Part shown: positions 16,164 through 29,999 of the stretch, one piece after another
How the letters are laid out: every line of letters starts with the position of its first letter
How positions within the stretch are numbered: position 1 is the stretch's first letter
Assembly: GCF_000150275.1 (NCBI RefSeq)
Contig: NW_002060943.1
Coordinates: forward strand, 10,014,209 to 10,078,208
DNA: 64,000 bases
From: Trichoplax adhaerens
Taxonomy: Eukaryota > Animalia > Placozoa
Direction: 5' to 3'
Program-made: the position numbers and the translations under genes
Notes under the pieces: model-generated
Seen by the model: the letters and a program-made list of their open reading frames with translations, nothing else
Database searches by the model: none
Told to the model about the DNA's origin: nothing

Positions 16164-17521
16164 TCCGGTGATGGTAAGTTGTCTTGTTTGAAATTTAATA
16201 GCATGTATTATGTTTTAAATTTCAGTAGTGGGTTAGAATTTTCAGATTTCCTATTTCATATACATGTCTATATTGCACGATTTACCCCTTACGGTTGGTT
16301 TGATTCACCAAATATTGGTGATTTAGATCGATCGATTATCATTCATAATTATTTAATAATTAATATAGTTTATAGTACATTTGAGCCTTGTAACTTATGA
16401 AAGATGTTAAATTGATAGAGCTTTACTATAGCATGCACAGTTATTTATCAAGGTAATGAACATTGAATATATATTAATTGCATGCATTTGAGACCGGTAT
16501 AACGCGAAATGGTTGTAAGTTGCAACCATACCTTGAAAGTATCAGCATATACTCTATTGTAGTTTACAAATTTGCGTAGTCCCCAAATTCTGCTTTATGG
16601 AAGAGAATGAAATACTAACGTTTCCTAGCTATGGAAAGTGATGCTTAATTTATTTCCTATCTATGTATTGTGTGGGGCGAATACCGTACTTTGCACATCG
16701 ATTCTTAGTTCGTATTATTGCACAACAGCGGGATTTACAGTTTTACTAATGATAAAGTGCTACAACGTGTGATTTACGAGGGGTGATTGCTTTTAGTTTA
16801 CTGTAGGACTCCAAGTTAGAGCAATGTTGAAGCTATTTTGATAGCATTTCGTTTAGTAGCTAGATTAATTAGAAGTATTTGGATTTATCACATACTGTAT
16901 TCACAGTTCATAAATTATACATATATAGTATATACTGTACCTTCACTGGGCTTTGTTATTTACTTATTATCAATGGGAGACAGATCTCGAAATGATTTAT
17001 GAAGATATTTTACACTATTTCGTGAAAGTATTTTACTCCAAATAAAATCGATATAATTAATTTGAGTATCATATAATATCTACAGTACATGATGATATAA
17101 TTAATAGACTTAAAGCTATTTATGATTCAATATGAATACTACTGTATTGACTGTTTAATTTTTGAGTGCTAAATAGCATTAAATTGTTAATATTTACTCA
17201 TTCGAACTGATTTTTATAGTTCATTTTTCAATTTTTATTTCAAGAAATATCCGATCAGAGCGAAAGTACTTATATCCTTAACCTGCGAAATGTTTCCGTC
17301 AAAATCCCACTCGTTTATATTATTATACGTATATATTAATTGATCGTCTTCCCATTTGGGCATGATTGTATTATAAGATTCACTCTTCAGTCTGATAGAT
17401 TCGTAGAATGTAACAATTTTGCAAAGTAGGATAACGCCTTAAAGTTGCCATCCAACAGAAAGATATAACTATTTGCTTCGTATTTTTTATTAGCTTTTTG
17501 TCATATATTGTAAATGTATCA

Positions 17522-17543
17522 ATATATATATATATATATATAT
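17522..17543. repeat. (AT)n microsatellite
   Basis: About 11 AT units. Similar tracts at 27792-27810 and 28584-28600. Confidence 0.9.
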
Positions 17544-18722
17544 TGTAGTCAATGCGAAAACGTTTAAAACTAGAAATTTGCTTCCTGAACTTATGGAATG
17601 TATTATGAAGATTGTTGTTTATAATTCAAAACTACCCGTAATTTTGAATTGTTGTGATTGATTATAAAATTTTTACTTATCTCACAGAGAATGAAAGCTT
17701 ATAATAGATAGATTTTAATAATTTAATGTGGTTACTTCTGTATAGATTGTAAAAGTGTTTTACGTATTTCTGTTTTATTTTAGTTTAAATTTTCAAATTT
17801 TCGTATACAAATACAGAATTTAATAGCCCGATGGGGTACAAATGCAAGTATGTATTGTATATGGATGATATGTAATTACAGGTTATATCATCATACGACT
17901 AATAGCATGTATGCTTATTCATGGTAGATATTCTATTAACGTTATAATTCGATCGAGAATCTACGTTGACATTTTTAGTTCTTCAGAAAGATTTCGGTGT
18001 AACTTGATATCAATCATAACATTTGGGTATATCTTCTCATTGTAGTACGAGGGTCTGGTTCCTTTACCACACTTACACGAGTATAATCATAAAATGTAGC
18101 ACTGACAGCGAAGTATTTTTATTTATTTTATTAGATACACTTCAGGCAAACGACAACAAGAAATTACTTACTCTGTTGCCCACCTTATACATGCAGTAAA
18201 ATGCCAGTAATACTGCTGTCCGCACTTCAACAGTCCATGCATATATAATGTACTGATTAACATTATTCCGTTAAAGCTTCCGTTTGTCGAAATGAATAAT
18301 ATAGTTTTATTAGTGAGATGCGTTAGAGTATAAGTGCACGATAAGTTTTGTATTATCTCAATTAGTACCGTCAGTTACTCTATTTTATATCGAAAAGGTA
18401 TGCACTAATTTAAAATTTTTTCTTAAAACGTCTAAAGGATTTCTGTTAATCCAAAATGGCTGTTAGAAATGTAATTTTAAAAATTTTGTTAATATTTAAT
18501 TTCAGGCTATATTGTACGGATATCATATCAGGTGTTAGTTAATATGTAGGGTAATTTTTGATCAATTTACAGTATAAGAGAACGATAAAAGGCATATTAG
18601 TCCTTTTAAACAAATTAATACATAACTTCTCTCAAGTATTGGATATAGATATTATAATTACATATACAGTACATAGCCACGTATAATGTTTCGGAATACA
18701 GTCCTACTATACTATTTCTGCG

Positions 18723-20854
18723 CTAAGCAGATTTTAATCTTAATGATATAATTAGAGAACTCAGTTCTAATCTTTTCTGGTGGATCATTTCAGGGGTCAA
18801 GGATCTGCAGATAATGCCAAATTGATCCGTAATAGATCCAATATCGTTTTCGCTCTTATACTTTTTGCAGATGCTTTCAATTTCACATATAACATACATC
18901 CCACAATCATAACCTGAAGTAAAAAATTCTGAGGTTAAAATTACACGGGCAAAAAGTAGTAACAGAAGTTACCGTTACGAATTGTAGAATTTCGACATTT
19001 TAAAGCAATGGATTTATGAAAAAATTAAATACTGCAGGTATCTAAGTTACTCTAGCCGGTAGGTGCATACTCTTATTGGATTTAAGGGTTACTGCAGATT
19101 TTACGGTTAGTCATATGAACTGACAGTTTGGTAGTATCAAATAATTACTCTTCACACTGGCAAAAATCACAGCTTTTAGCAACAAGTTATTTAACAGTAA
19201 TAGTGTTTAACGTTGTACTGTACCTTTAGAAAGGAACGACTAACAGATTGTTAGCAGTATCAACACATTAATTTTATTTACAATGGATAATCAATTGCTT
19301 GAATGAATCTAAAGAAATTAGTGCATTAATTATACACTTTATTGAGCTCTATATATGTTACATTACCATTAACTTGTCTAGGCCCATTCTTAATTTCAGT
19401 AAAGTTGGTATTTGATGAATCTATAAATTAAGACGAAAATAATTATTCTATATCATAATAGAAATAGATAGCGTGATATTATTTGATGGCGGACTCGAAA
19501 AGCTACATTTTGCTTGCTTAACGAAAAATACTCCTAGTACTAACATTTCAGCACTTGATCAAGTTTATAGGCAGTTATTTTAGCTGACTGAAGATTTGAA
19601 GATGTGCAAAGAGAATCCATATGCAAATAGCAATTACTGGGCCTAATATAGATGAGTAGTGTCCTGTAATTTAAAAATATAAAAAGCGAGAGATTCAGAT
19701 GTGGCTATTCGATATAGAGTGTAAAAGTTTCAATATGCTGAACTGTAACAGCGTTGCATATTATTAACTAAGTTACGACTTAATAAATGAAAGTGATACC
19801 AATGTGATCCTCCAGCTTCAGTTACTTTATTATGGTCGTTAACCGGCAGAAAGATTAGCTCTTTTTTGGATAAATTTAAGCTATCCAACACAAATTCGCT
19901 ATCGAGGACGGTAGCTGTGATACAATTTTATAGTTAAAAGAGAACATTTAGATGAATTCCGACACTGGTAAGCATAATGCTACGTGTAAAGGTGACAATT
20001 TTAATGTGTACTAGATCATCACCGTCACAAAGCTTAATAAATTGACTAATTTCAGGTTGGACGAATGCTACCACGTCATGTAAGCTAGCGAATAATTCTC
20101 GCTCAAAGTACCTACGCATTGAAATAATGGTACATGATTATATGAAATCCAATACTGTAGCTATAAAATTTTTAGCGTTAATTCCAGAAGTATGAGTACT
20201 TTATGCTACACTGTACAGTGCTTAGGTAAAACATAAGGATTAGTTAAAGACGAGTAGAACCTTCTGCTCGCGATACTTCGCATACTGGTATACTCGTAGG
20301 GAACATATGAAAAGTTAGCATGGGACAGTGAGAAATAATTTGGTTAAAGGGACTCAAGAAAAGCATGTTTGATCAATTCCTTAATTCTTATACGTACTAT
20401 GAATCGAGCGTAGAATACGAATATGATCTTGATATCTGTTAACTACTTAAGGAGTTGTAAAGTGTATGAATTCTCTGAAATACACTAAAATCCCACTTCT
20501 AATAGCATTTTATTGACGTTTACTTAACCGACGATGGAATAAGGAATAGTCAGGGATTTTTAAGAGAATTTTCTCTTCAGCTCTAGGTCCTTTTCTTACC
20601 CCTATGCTCCAAAAACTAAATCACATCACACGTTTCGTAGTAACGTAAGTGAATGTGTATCACGAGCGTCATGCAATTGTACATGAGATGCATAAAAGTC
20701 ATAACATTGTACAGCAGTAAGTATACTATACATACTCCAATACAAAACCGATTATTCGGTCACTTATCCAGCCAATGCCATTTAAGATTTGAAGATCATC
20801 TTCCCTAATTATGCTGTCGTAATAGCTTAAGATACAGGGATTGTTTGCAGCCAT
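18723..20854 (-). CDS. SENP8: NEDD8-specific protease SENP8/NEDP1/DEN1 (6 exons)
   Basis: MAANNPCILSYYDSIIREDDLQIL…WISDRIIGFVLEYF; IFLPVNDH…AGGSHWTLL (His); HMDS (Asp); PRQVNGYDCGMYVIC (oxyanion Gln, catalytic Cys). Mostly missed by the ORF track. Confidence 0.93.
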
Positions 20855-20899
20855 TGCAGTTTATACTATCGTAACGTATTCGTAAGTCAGAGATCACGG

Positions 20900-21270
20900 T
20901 ACTGTACACTAGTGTACAGTATGTAGAGCACATTTACAGTAAGCTTAAAAGCAGCTAATTTTAGATGACTGGGAGGATGTGGGAAATCCGAAATTTACAG
21001 TACACTTCACTTGTACAGTGTACTGTACTGAACAGTACAAGTTCGCCATGTGACTACAGTACACTATACAGTACTGTACTGTACAGTACTGTAGTTCAAA
21101 GCTTAATTAATTAAAAGCAAGCACCATGGACTACTATTACATCATTAAGGTGTTCTGTACAGTACTGTACGCGTATTTAATTTCCATAACTGTACACAGT
21201 GTACAGTACTACAGCATTAATATTATGCTGACGGTGCAGTCCCGCAGCGGCGTTTACACTACAGTACAAT
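20900..21270. promoter_or_regulatory. Bidirectional promoter SENP8/EIF6 with TACTG/CAGTA array
   Basis: Between ATG 20854 (-) and ATG 21379 (+). Confidence 0.75.
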
Positions 21271-21378
21271 AAATACTCGCTACGTTTTAGCACGGTCAGC
21301 AGTCAGTACGAAGCAAGAACCAAGAGTGAGGGAAGTAGAGTCTGAAGCGAACAACAATTTACAAAATAACTCTTGAAA

Positions 21379-24300
21379 ATGGCTACGAGAGCACACTTTG
21401 AAAAGAGTTGCGAGATTGGAGTATTTTCTAAATTAACAAATACATACTGTTTGACAGCAATTGGTGCTTCAGAAAATTTTTACAGGTACTATGTACGCAG
21501 AATGCAGAATTTAAACGTTGAATATCTGTTGCATACAAGTACACTAAAAATATCAACTTCACTATTCACGCGTAGTTTCTCACTGAACGACCTATTTTGG
21601 CTACTGTATTATAACGTCACAAGATTTTATTAGTAAAAAGTAATTTTTTGACTCGAAACAGCTTTTATAATGATTATTTTACGTTCATTTAGCTAGCTTA
21701 CTGTATACATCAGAAATGCAATGGAAAGCAAATATACCGACATTTCACTTCAATAGCTTCAAATACGATACAGTAATTTGCTATATGATGTGTGGTAATC
21801 ACTTTAGGTCATGCTGAGAAAACTTCACTAGAGATCTCGACATCGCTTGTTATTGCCGTAGCGATTTGAATATATAAATTTGTGCTGTAGAAGTACTTAG
21901 ATGTATTCACACGAGGTTATTTTTACTAGAAGTAATTTTAAACAGTTTGCTTCATACAGTAATTTATTAATTCATATACTGTATGCATTACTTAATTAGC
22001 TATCAACGTCTGAAGTACGTGATGAACAACATTTATATTCCTTTTTACGAATCTATTTACAGTACTTTACGATTACAGTAGTTATATCATAGAATTTTAT
22101 GTAAGCAATGTGTGACAAATACAAATACTGCTATTTAATTTATCGTATGTACATACTGTTGATACTTTTAGTGTTTTCGAGTCTGAATTGGCTGAAACCA
22201 TTCCGGTAATACACACATCTTTAGCTGGATGCAGGATCATAGGGACGCTGTGCGTGGGTTAGTAAATACGCATTGCAACAATTAATAATAACTAGTTAAT
22301 GTGCTTTAAATGTAATGTACTCGTATATATATAAATTACTGTACTGATAGCTGCGTCATTAGTGTGACACTTGTCTTACTCTGTAGCATATTCTGTTGAA
22401 ACTTGCTTAAAGTGCCGCATTCAGCGCCTTATATCACACTCTGGTTAGTAGAGCTATTTTAATACATATTATGCCTATTTTAAATCTATCAAGGCAATCG
22501 TCATGGACTAATTGTGCCAAGCTCTGCCACTGACCAGGTACGTGTTCGGTATTATGCAGAAGTAGAATTCAGTAAGCTTTTTACTAAATTCCGTACAGTA
22601 TGAAATGACGATATTAACTTTAATGTAATTTATCAATAAGGAATTACAACATATTCGAAATTGTTTGCCAGACGCTGTTAAGGTTCAACGTGTAGAGGAG
22701 AGATTATCAGCGTTAGGCAACGTAGTAGCTTGTAACGATTATGTAGCATTAGTTCATCCTGATCTGGATGTTGAAACTGAAGAGATTATCGCGGATACAT
22801 TACGAGTGGAGGTATTCCGTCAGACCATAGCTGGAAATGTGATTGTTGGGAATTATTGTGCATTTAATAATGCTGGAGGATTGGTAAGATCGCTAATGGA
22901 GTAACACGTGTAAAGCTGTAATAAACGCTAAAAACAGTATTATGGTCTTGTTTTGTGTTTATATTTGTTCTGATCTAGAATGTTGTAGTTTAATTCGTTG
23001 CTTGATTAAAATTTACTATCTGTATCTGAAAGATGTGACGTATGATGTTATTAGGTTCATCCTCGTACAAATACGAATGACCTAGATGAGCTATCATCTC
23101 TTTTACAAGTTCCGTTAGCGGTAATATTATACAATTGTACTTATTTAAATTACTGATAAATCCTTGCTCATGTTGTTTTATAGCGGCTTGAATTCCGACG
23201 TAATACTTGTAATTGATATCGTATTTTCAACACTGAATTAAGCCACAGTAAACTAGCTGTAATGATGTTTATCAAACACACGTAGTATGTTGTATATATT
23301 TTGAGTTATTTAAACAGATTTCAATCGGTAATCTTCATTACAATACGACTTCTTATAACGTACATGTATCACTGACGTATATCAGACATCCTGTACAAGG
23401 ATGTATGATGTGAAAATTGATTAGTATACAGACCATACCGTAACATTAAGGTCTTTATAAACAATTTGATGTACATTTCTCGATATTGATGCAAAGGTAG
23501 TAAATGATGTTCAGGTGCTGCATTATTCTTGAACAAGATCGATTTAGATCGTAAAATGTCATAACCGTGTATATTATATTACATACATTTTTCATTTGCA
23601 CTTTTGAAATCATCTCTGTGTCAGCTACATTTAAAGATTACGCCTTAAATAAGTGGTTTTATTTACTATTGAAAGTTCGACTACGAAATGGAATTATGTC
23701 AGATTTGCTTAGTGTACTGTATATTGGGTATGTTGTTTAGCCTAGTTTGGGTTGCTTTTTAGGCAAGATAATCACATAGTCAAAATTGTAAAGCACTGTT
23801 CCGGCTTTGATAGATACAGTGGATTAGAATCATAATTACTTCGTCGTCATTAAATAGAAAGATTTTAACGATACTTCACTGAAGCCTAAATAGCTCTCCT
23901 ATTTAGTTGTTCATTAAATATAGTCATGTAGTTTTGTATATGTCGCTTTTAATATTTATTAATTACCTTGCTCTCTTTTTTACAGGCTGGTACGGTAAAT
24001 AGGGGTAGTGATGCAATTGGTGCTGGTTTAGTAGTAAACGATTGGTGTGCATTTTGTGGTATGGATACTACTTCAACGGAGTTATCGGTTATTGAGAGTA
24101 TCTTTAAAATATCTGGTGCTCAGCCTTCGGCAATTACGGGACACTTACGAGATACATTAGTGGACACGTAAGTAGGAGCTCGGATTCAGCTATTGCACGT
24201 GGAACTGTTTAAACAGATGCCAAGCTTCTTTATTATAATTTTAAAAATTAACTAATTAATTAGATTAATGTTAAGTTGTGCGTTAGCATACCGAGTAATT

Positions 24301-24545
24301 TTAATACCGGTAGTCATTCGATTCGTGGTAACTCTTTTCGATTTCCGAACTTAATTTGTATAGAATATGCTAAAAAAACGATAAACTACTCGTATGTCGA
24401 AGATTGATACGTTGTGAATTAATACTACAGTATAACTGTATAAGTAGTGATACAGTGATCTACTTACGCGTATCAGCTTTGCATATGAATGAAATTTGAC
24501 AGCAATATTTAATTATATCTTAACTGTTCCCGTAGGTTGGCTTAG
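21379..24545 (+). CDS. EIF6: Eukaryotic translation initiation factor 6 (7 exons)
   Basis: [25 protein letters not shown]; [26 protein letters not shown]; [33 protein letters not shown]. Tiny last coding exon 24536-24545 (…TLA*). Confidence 0.97.
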
Positions 24546-25378
24546 ATCGATCGAAAGTATTATTACATATCGAGAATGGACTCTACGTTCCGAAAATTCG
24601 AAATATAAATCCTGGAAGTTGTTAGCCAAACATGTTATACAGACAATCTAGACGAACACTGATCGAAATGTTTAGTTAATATTGCGAATACAACCATAAC
24701 CTGGGATATTGTAACTATGATTAACGTTTGCAATGACACTGAAAAATGCAGAATACTTAATGCTATGAAGTATTTTCGTTTTCTATGCGTTAACATGAGA
24801 TAGTGCTGATGCATTTGCTAATAGCAAGATTAACATGCAGTAAAAAGATGATAAGAGATAATTTAAATAAGGTCCTAGGTAGGTATGTATGTATGTAGGA
24901 CGCTCGAAATGTTTCAATATTTAGCATTTACAGTCAAGATTCATAAGTTTTAGCAGCTACAGTTTTAATCATCGCGTCATAATTTATTCAGTGAAAACTT
25001 GTCTATTGAATTTATTAGATTCTGATAAATTGGCCAACGTTACGTTAGCCGGTGTTTTACTCTTGGAAATAATAGGTATAATAAAGCCCTACATACAATT
25101 TGCAGAATTGGGTTAAAAGATAAAGTCTGATAATAATTAAACATTTTAATACTTTTAAATAATCATAAATAACAATCACAATACACACATTCGAGTACGA
25201 GTAATTCGTCAGAGTTAGCAAAGGCTGTCGCAACAAATATTTTCAAAGGAGTTTATTATAATATTAATTGATTTCTTATGATATTGTAATATCAGTCGGT
25301 GTTAGGCAGATGGAATATCGTATACGTACTAAAGACTAATTTTACAGTAGATAATACATTATGAAAATTATGTTATAT

Positions 25379-28300
25379 TTATAGTTTAAGGTGTCTTCCA
25401 CAAACCCATTTTAAGTCGGTGTAATTATCTACAGGAACTACGTCGGCAATAGACTTCCAGGAACATTGGCATGCGTAAGCTCGGGTGCCTAGAAACAGTA
25501 ATCAATTTACTTTCAATGTATCCGACTTAGTTGAGAACGCTTACTACACTTCATTACAGTTTGTCTTGGGTAAAGTCATCAGATCAGCAATCTAGTAGAT
25601 TTTATGAGAGTCTCATTGTTCAATCAATAGCTTAGCTTAGCTTATATCCGTATATCATAAACTGAAAGAAACTACGTATTACCACAGCAATTAGTTGGTG
25701 TAAATCAGAATTGTATAGTAATATGAAAAGGTGATTAAGCGTTTGTTTCAATGAGTATTTAAGGCATAGAAGTAAGTGTATCTTATAAAATGGTAAATGA
25801 GCAGTAAACCATAATATACGCATTATTCTAAGTTTCGGTTATTAGTCACTAAGTATCAGAGTATAGCACTAATTTCGAGAATTAGCAGCTAAACCTTGGT
25901 ATGAAATATTCGAGTATCGAACTGGTTACAACAGCATGTACCGATAACGATAAGATTATTTTTATTATATAAGATGGCATTAGAATGGTAGCTACTTCAG
26001 CTGAGTGCCGGTAACTGATTGTTGCTCTAAGATAATGCAGATCATACCTAATTTACGTAATAAATTAACCCGAATTTTTTCAAAATCTGGCATGTTATTT
26101 CGAAAAAAGATGTAATTTGATCGTTGATGCCATTCATAATCATCATAGTAGCTGACTCGAAAGTCACAGGCCGTACAGCGGAGTTGGTTGCAAGCTCTAA
26201 AGAGAATAAAGCGCGAATAAGTCTGTTTGGATAAGAACAGTTTGTATAACTTGCTGGCGCAATGTAGTTTTCTTTTTGCGATACGAAGAGAATTCAATAA
26301 ATATTCGTAATTGAGTTTATGCTACAATTTACTTTTGATAGCAGGTGGTTAACTAAATGTAGCTTGTTCTTTTTCTATATTTGTGATGTTACATTTATTG
26401 GATAGTTGACAATAACATTGCTGACATAAAGTACAAATAGACAAGTTTACTAGTCACGAAAAGGAAACTAACAGATTTTAGATTATAAAATGTGTGTTCT
26501 ATGACAAATACGCTCGCCAATGTCTCGATGGAGTTTTATTGTATCTATAGGACTGACTGAATATTACCTTTGAGATGAAATAGTGGCTAAACCGATCAAA
26601 CTTTTACTGCCACCCAGGTAAACCTGATAACACCTTATTATATATTTAGAAATTCGAAAAATTCCGTTTGTTAGTGATAATACTTAGATCATTCATTCTG
26701 TTAAGTATAGTATTATAAGTAAGTAATAATATCGTCTAGATCTTGAAAATTGGGCCAAATACATATACAAAACTATCATAAAATAGTAATCCTCCGACTG
26801 AAGTTATAGACAGTGTACTGGACATGCTTTACGAAACAAATATGATCCTTCAGAACTCTAATATTAGACAGCTAAGATTAGCATTAGTATTTAATTCAAG
26901 ATACGCAAATGAAATCATGAAATGAACTTTATATACTTCAAATTAAATTGCTACAAGTATAACAAGTACCGTTTTGAGCAATCGAGAGATTGTTGCTTTG
27001 TAACAGATTTCTTTTCGGCTATCTATAATAAATGAATCAGAAGGGTAGAAATCGTTCAGAACTTAAATTTACCTTTGATAAATAAAGGACACATTTCTTT
27101 TAAAATAAAATTATTCATTCGGATAATTATATAATTTATTAGCGCCGTAAACGACGATCTATTGACGGCACTACCATAATAAACTTTTAAGTACTTCGTA
27201 ATTTATTCACCACTGCAATAATTATAATTATAATTATGATTACAACTTACAAAATTTGACATTAATTTATAATTTTTGAAGTTTTATAGGCAGCTATAAA
27301 TATATACGTACAATAATATACGGATTTGTCATTCTTATTATGCGAGAGTTTGCTCAAAAGAAAGTAAAAAAGAACTACTACTCACAGTATAAAGAGAGTG
27401 TTTGAGTCTGATTCCGCTTAACTTAGCAGAAAATATCAGAGATTGGTTTAATGTGATCGAATGTTGGCTTAACAGAAATTGCATTATTAAAACTAAATCA
27501 CTAACCTTATTAACTTCTCGTCTTCTTTTTTCTATATCACTTTCATCCTCAACACTGCAAATATCTTCTATCATTCTACTTAGCTCATCGTCGTCGCGTA
27601 ATCGACTGAAAAGGAGAAAAAAAATTCACTGTATTATTATTAATCGTAGCCCTGTTACAGATCAAAGAAATAAAAAGCTATTTTATTAAAATGTGAATTG
27701 TGATAACGCAGTCTAAAAGTCTTGATATTGTTGCTTGATGACTAAATCTAGTTACAAATTTCTTATAATGAAATATCAGTTTCTGTTTTTGATATATATA
27801 TATATATATACAGTAAAGTGATACGTTAAATCAAATATAATATAAGATACTATTGTATGTTCCACCATAATTGTCTGTGTGATACATTATTAAATTCACT
27901 ATCTACTTCTTGTTTTCCGTTAGATCTTGACATTTAGTTGTAAAGAATTACGTTTCAGCTATACTATTCGTGGTATTATTGCAATTTTACGAAGGTATTA
28001 TCCTAAACTCATGGCTTAAATGTCGAGGTTTGCGTTATGTATGATGGACTAGTAACGTCTAGCGTCGCCCGAGGGAACATAACGGTTCTATGAGTTAATT
28101 TTTAATAAGTGAGCCGGTATAAAAAGAAATGTTCGAGAATATCGTCAAGACTTAAGCTTGAAAATGAATGATTTGGGTCGCAGGTGATCTAAAGAATTTC
28201 GTTTATAAAAAATATATAGCATCAGATAAAATTTTATATAATCAAACGGTTAAAAAGAAAAGCTGTTATAGATTAGCAATAATCGATTTCCCATAGTAAC

Positions 28301-29450
28301 TAACTTTTCCTTGATAAGTTATTAGTAGTGATGATGATGTTATTAACTATACCCTGGCAAACATTTTCCAATCATTTGATTAATCTATCAGTTTCGTGTA
28401 CAAAGCATTTTCAATTCTGATCAATTCCATATGATTCACATTACCGTAGTATTTAGTAGTCCATGGCACAGTACTGTATACAGTAGTGCAGTATCCCTAA
28501 TATTGTACTGTACTGTATACTGGATTGTCCTTCCGCTCAAAGAGAGGGTATAAACTAGTCTTTATCTTTAAAGTTAAAACATGTATATATATATATATAT
28601 TCACACAAACTGGCAGGATCAGCTCATACTCTGTACATGAATCAATATAAATATATGTTTGTAGACTGAACGAGAGATTACGGTTAGATCACGTCAGACA
28701 GACGAATTTGAATCAAAACTGCCTTTAAACTCATTTTTTCTTAGAAATTGGTGTAAATGACCACAAATAAATCAAAAATGACTTAATTTAGTTTACAGTT
28801 AATTTAACAGTTGAAAAACATATTTACAACAGATTTTGTTCTTGCCAATAGGCAAATTATATATTATGTACAAATGTGCACAGATTACATCTAGTACAGT
28901 ACACTACTGCTAGTACTGTACTGTACTGCAGACTTCATTAAACTATCGTTGTTTATTGTATTTTACTAAACTAAATGTCAGTGAAGATGAACACCGCTGT
29001 GAGAGTGTACAGTAAGATTAATGGTTACAAAAAATAAATAAATTTAATCTACTGTGCGAGTATACTGCATGACCTGTATAGTGTAAAATAATGATCAATT
29101 TCTTTGATCAAGATAGATCAGAGTCAAGGGATTATCCGATTATTTTAAGGTAAATGAGCTTAAGATTAATCAAAGACCCATAGCAAATTCGAAAAAGCTG
29201 GCAATCAAAAGTTACAGTACTGTACAGACAGTGTATTGTATCTGCATTACGTACTGTATACTGTACTGTACAGTGTACAGTATGTAATGACGAAAATATT
29301 TTACCTCGATGTTGAAGATACTGATCGGTTATTATTGAATCTTTTTCTGTTCTCACCGGCATTTTCATTATTTGGCTGGAATTTTACTGGTTTTCTCTGT
29401 ATAAATTTTTGGTCAACTTCATCCAACAAATCATCAATATCGTCAGCCAT
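25379..29450 (-). CDS. CFAP418: Cilia- and flagella-associated protein 418 (C8orf37), 6 exons
   Basis: MADDIDDLLDEVD; CYQVYLGGS; RACNQLRCTACDFRVSYYDDYEW…YIFFRNNMP; GTRAYACQCSW…LKWVCGRH. Confidence 0.93.
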
Positions 29451-29579
29451 TTTGCAGTACACTCTGCATGTGTGCAGTATTGTCTGGTAATGAACACTAA
29501 ATGAGTAAACTATCCTGTGCTCCTGTGGTACAGTTAATAAAATAAATAAAATAAACAAAAAAATTCCTGTAAAAATGAA

Positions 29580-29882
29580 CACTGTACTATAATAGTAATC
29601 ATCATGGTACTGTACAGTGTACAGTGTACAGTCCACCGTACTTAACACGCTGCCGGGATATCAGATAGTCACTGTACACTGTACAGTACAGTACAGTAGT
29701 CTGCATACTAGTGATTAATCAGTACCAGACCGACCATGCACCGTCATAAAGAACTGTACAGTACTGTATAGTACTTTACTACGCTACGCTATACTGTACA
29801 GTGTACAGTACTGTACTGTACAGTACAGTACTGTATTTATTAGATTGACTCTGACTGTAGTACTGAAAGGTACTGTACTGTA
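29580..29882. promoter_or_regulatory. Bidirectional promoter CFAP418/NDUFAF6 with TACTG/CAGTA array
   Basis: Between ATG 29450 (-) and ATG 30000 (+). Confidence 0.75.
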
Positions 29883-29999
29883 GACTGAGTTAAGAAGATC
29901 TTTCGCAATTTGTAGGTTCTTGGTTCTTGTAACCATACGCTGTATGTATGGTAATAAATAACAATTAAAATAAAATTAATAATAATAATATAATGAGCG

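Noticed and set aside
16200-18700. Hidden protein-coding gene between the IQSEC and SENP8 3' ends
   Set aside because: No recognisable coding exon chain and no promoter array; most likely UTR/intergenic.
19666-19799. SENP8 intron 3 donor GTATCACTTT as a U12 GT-AG intron
   Set aside because: It deviates from GTATCCTT and there is no CCTTAAC-like branch site near the acceptor.
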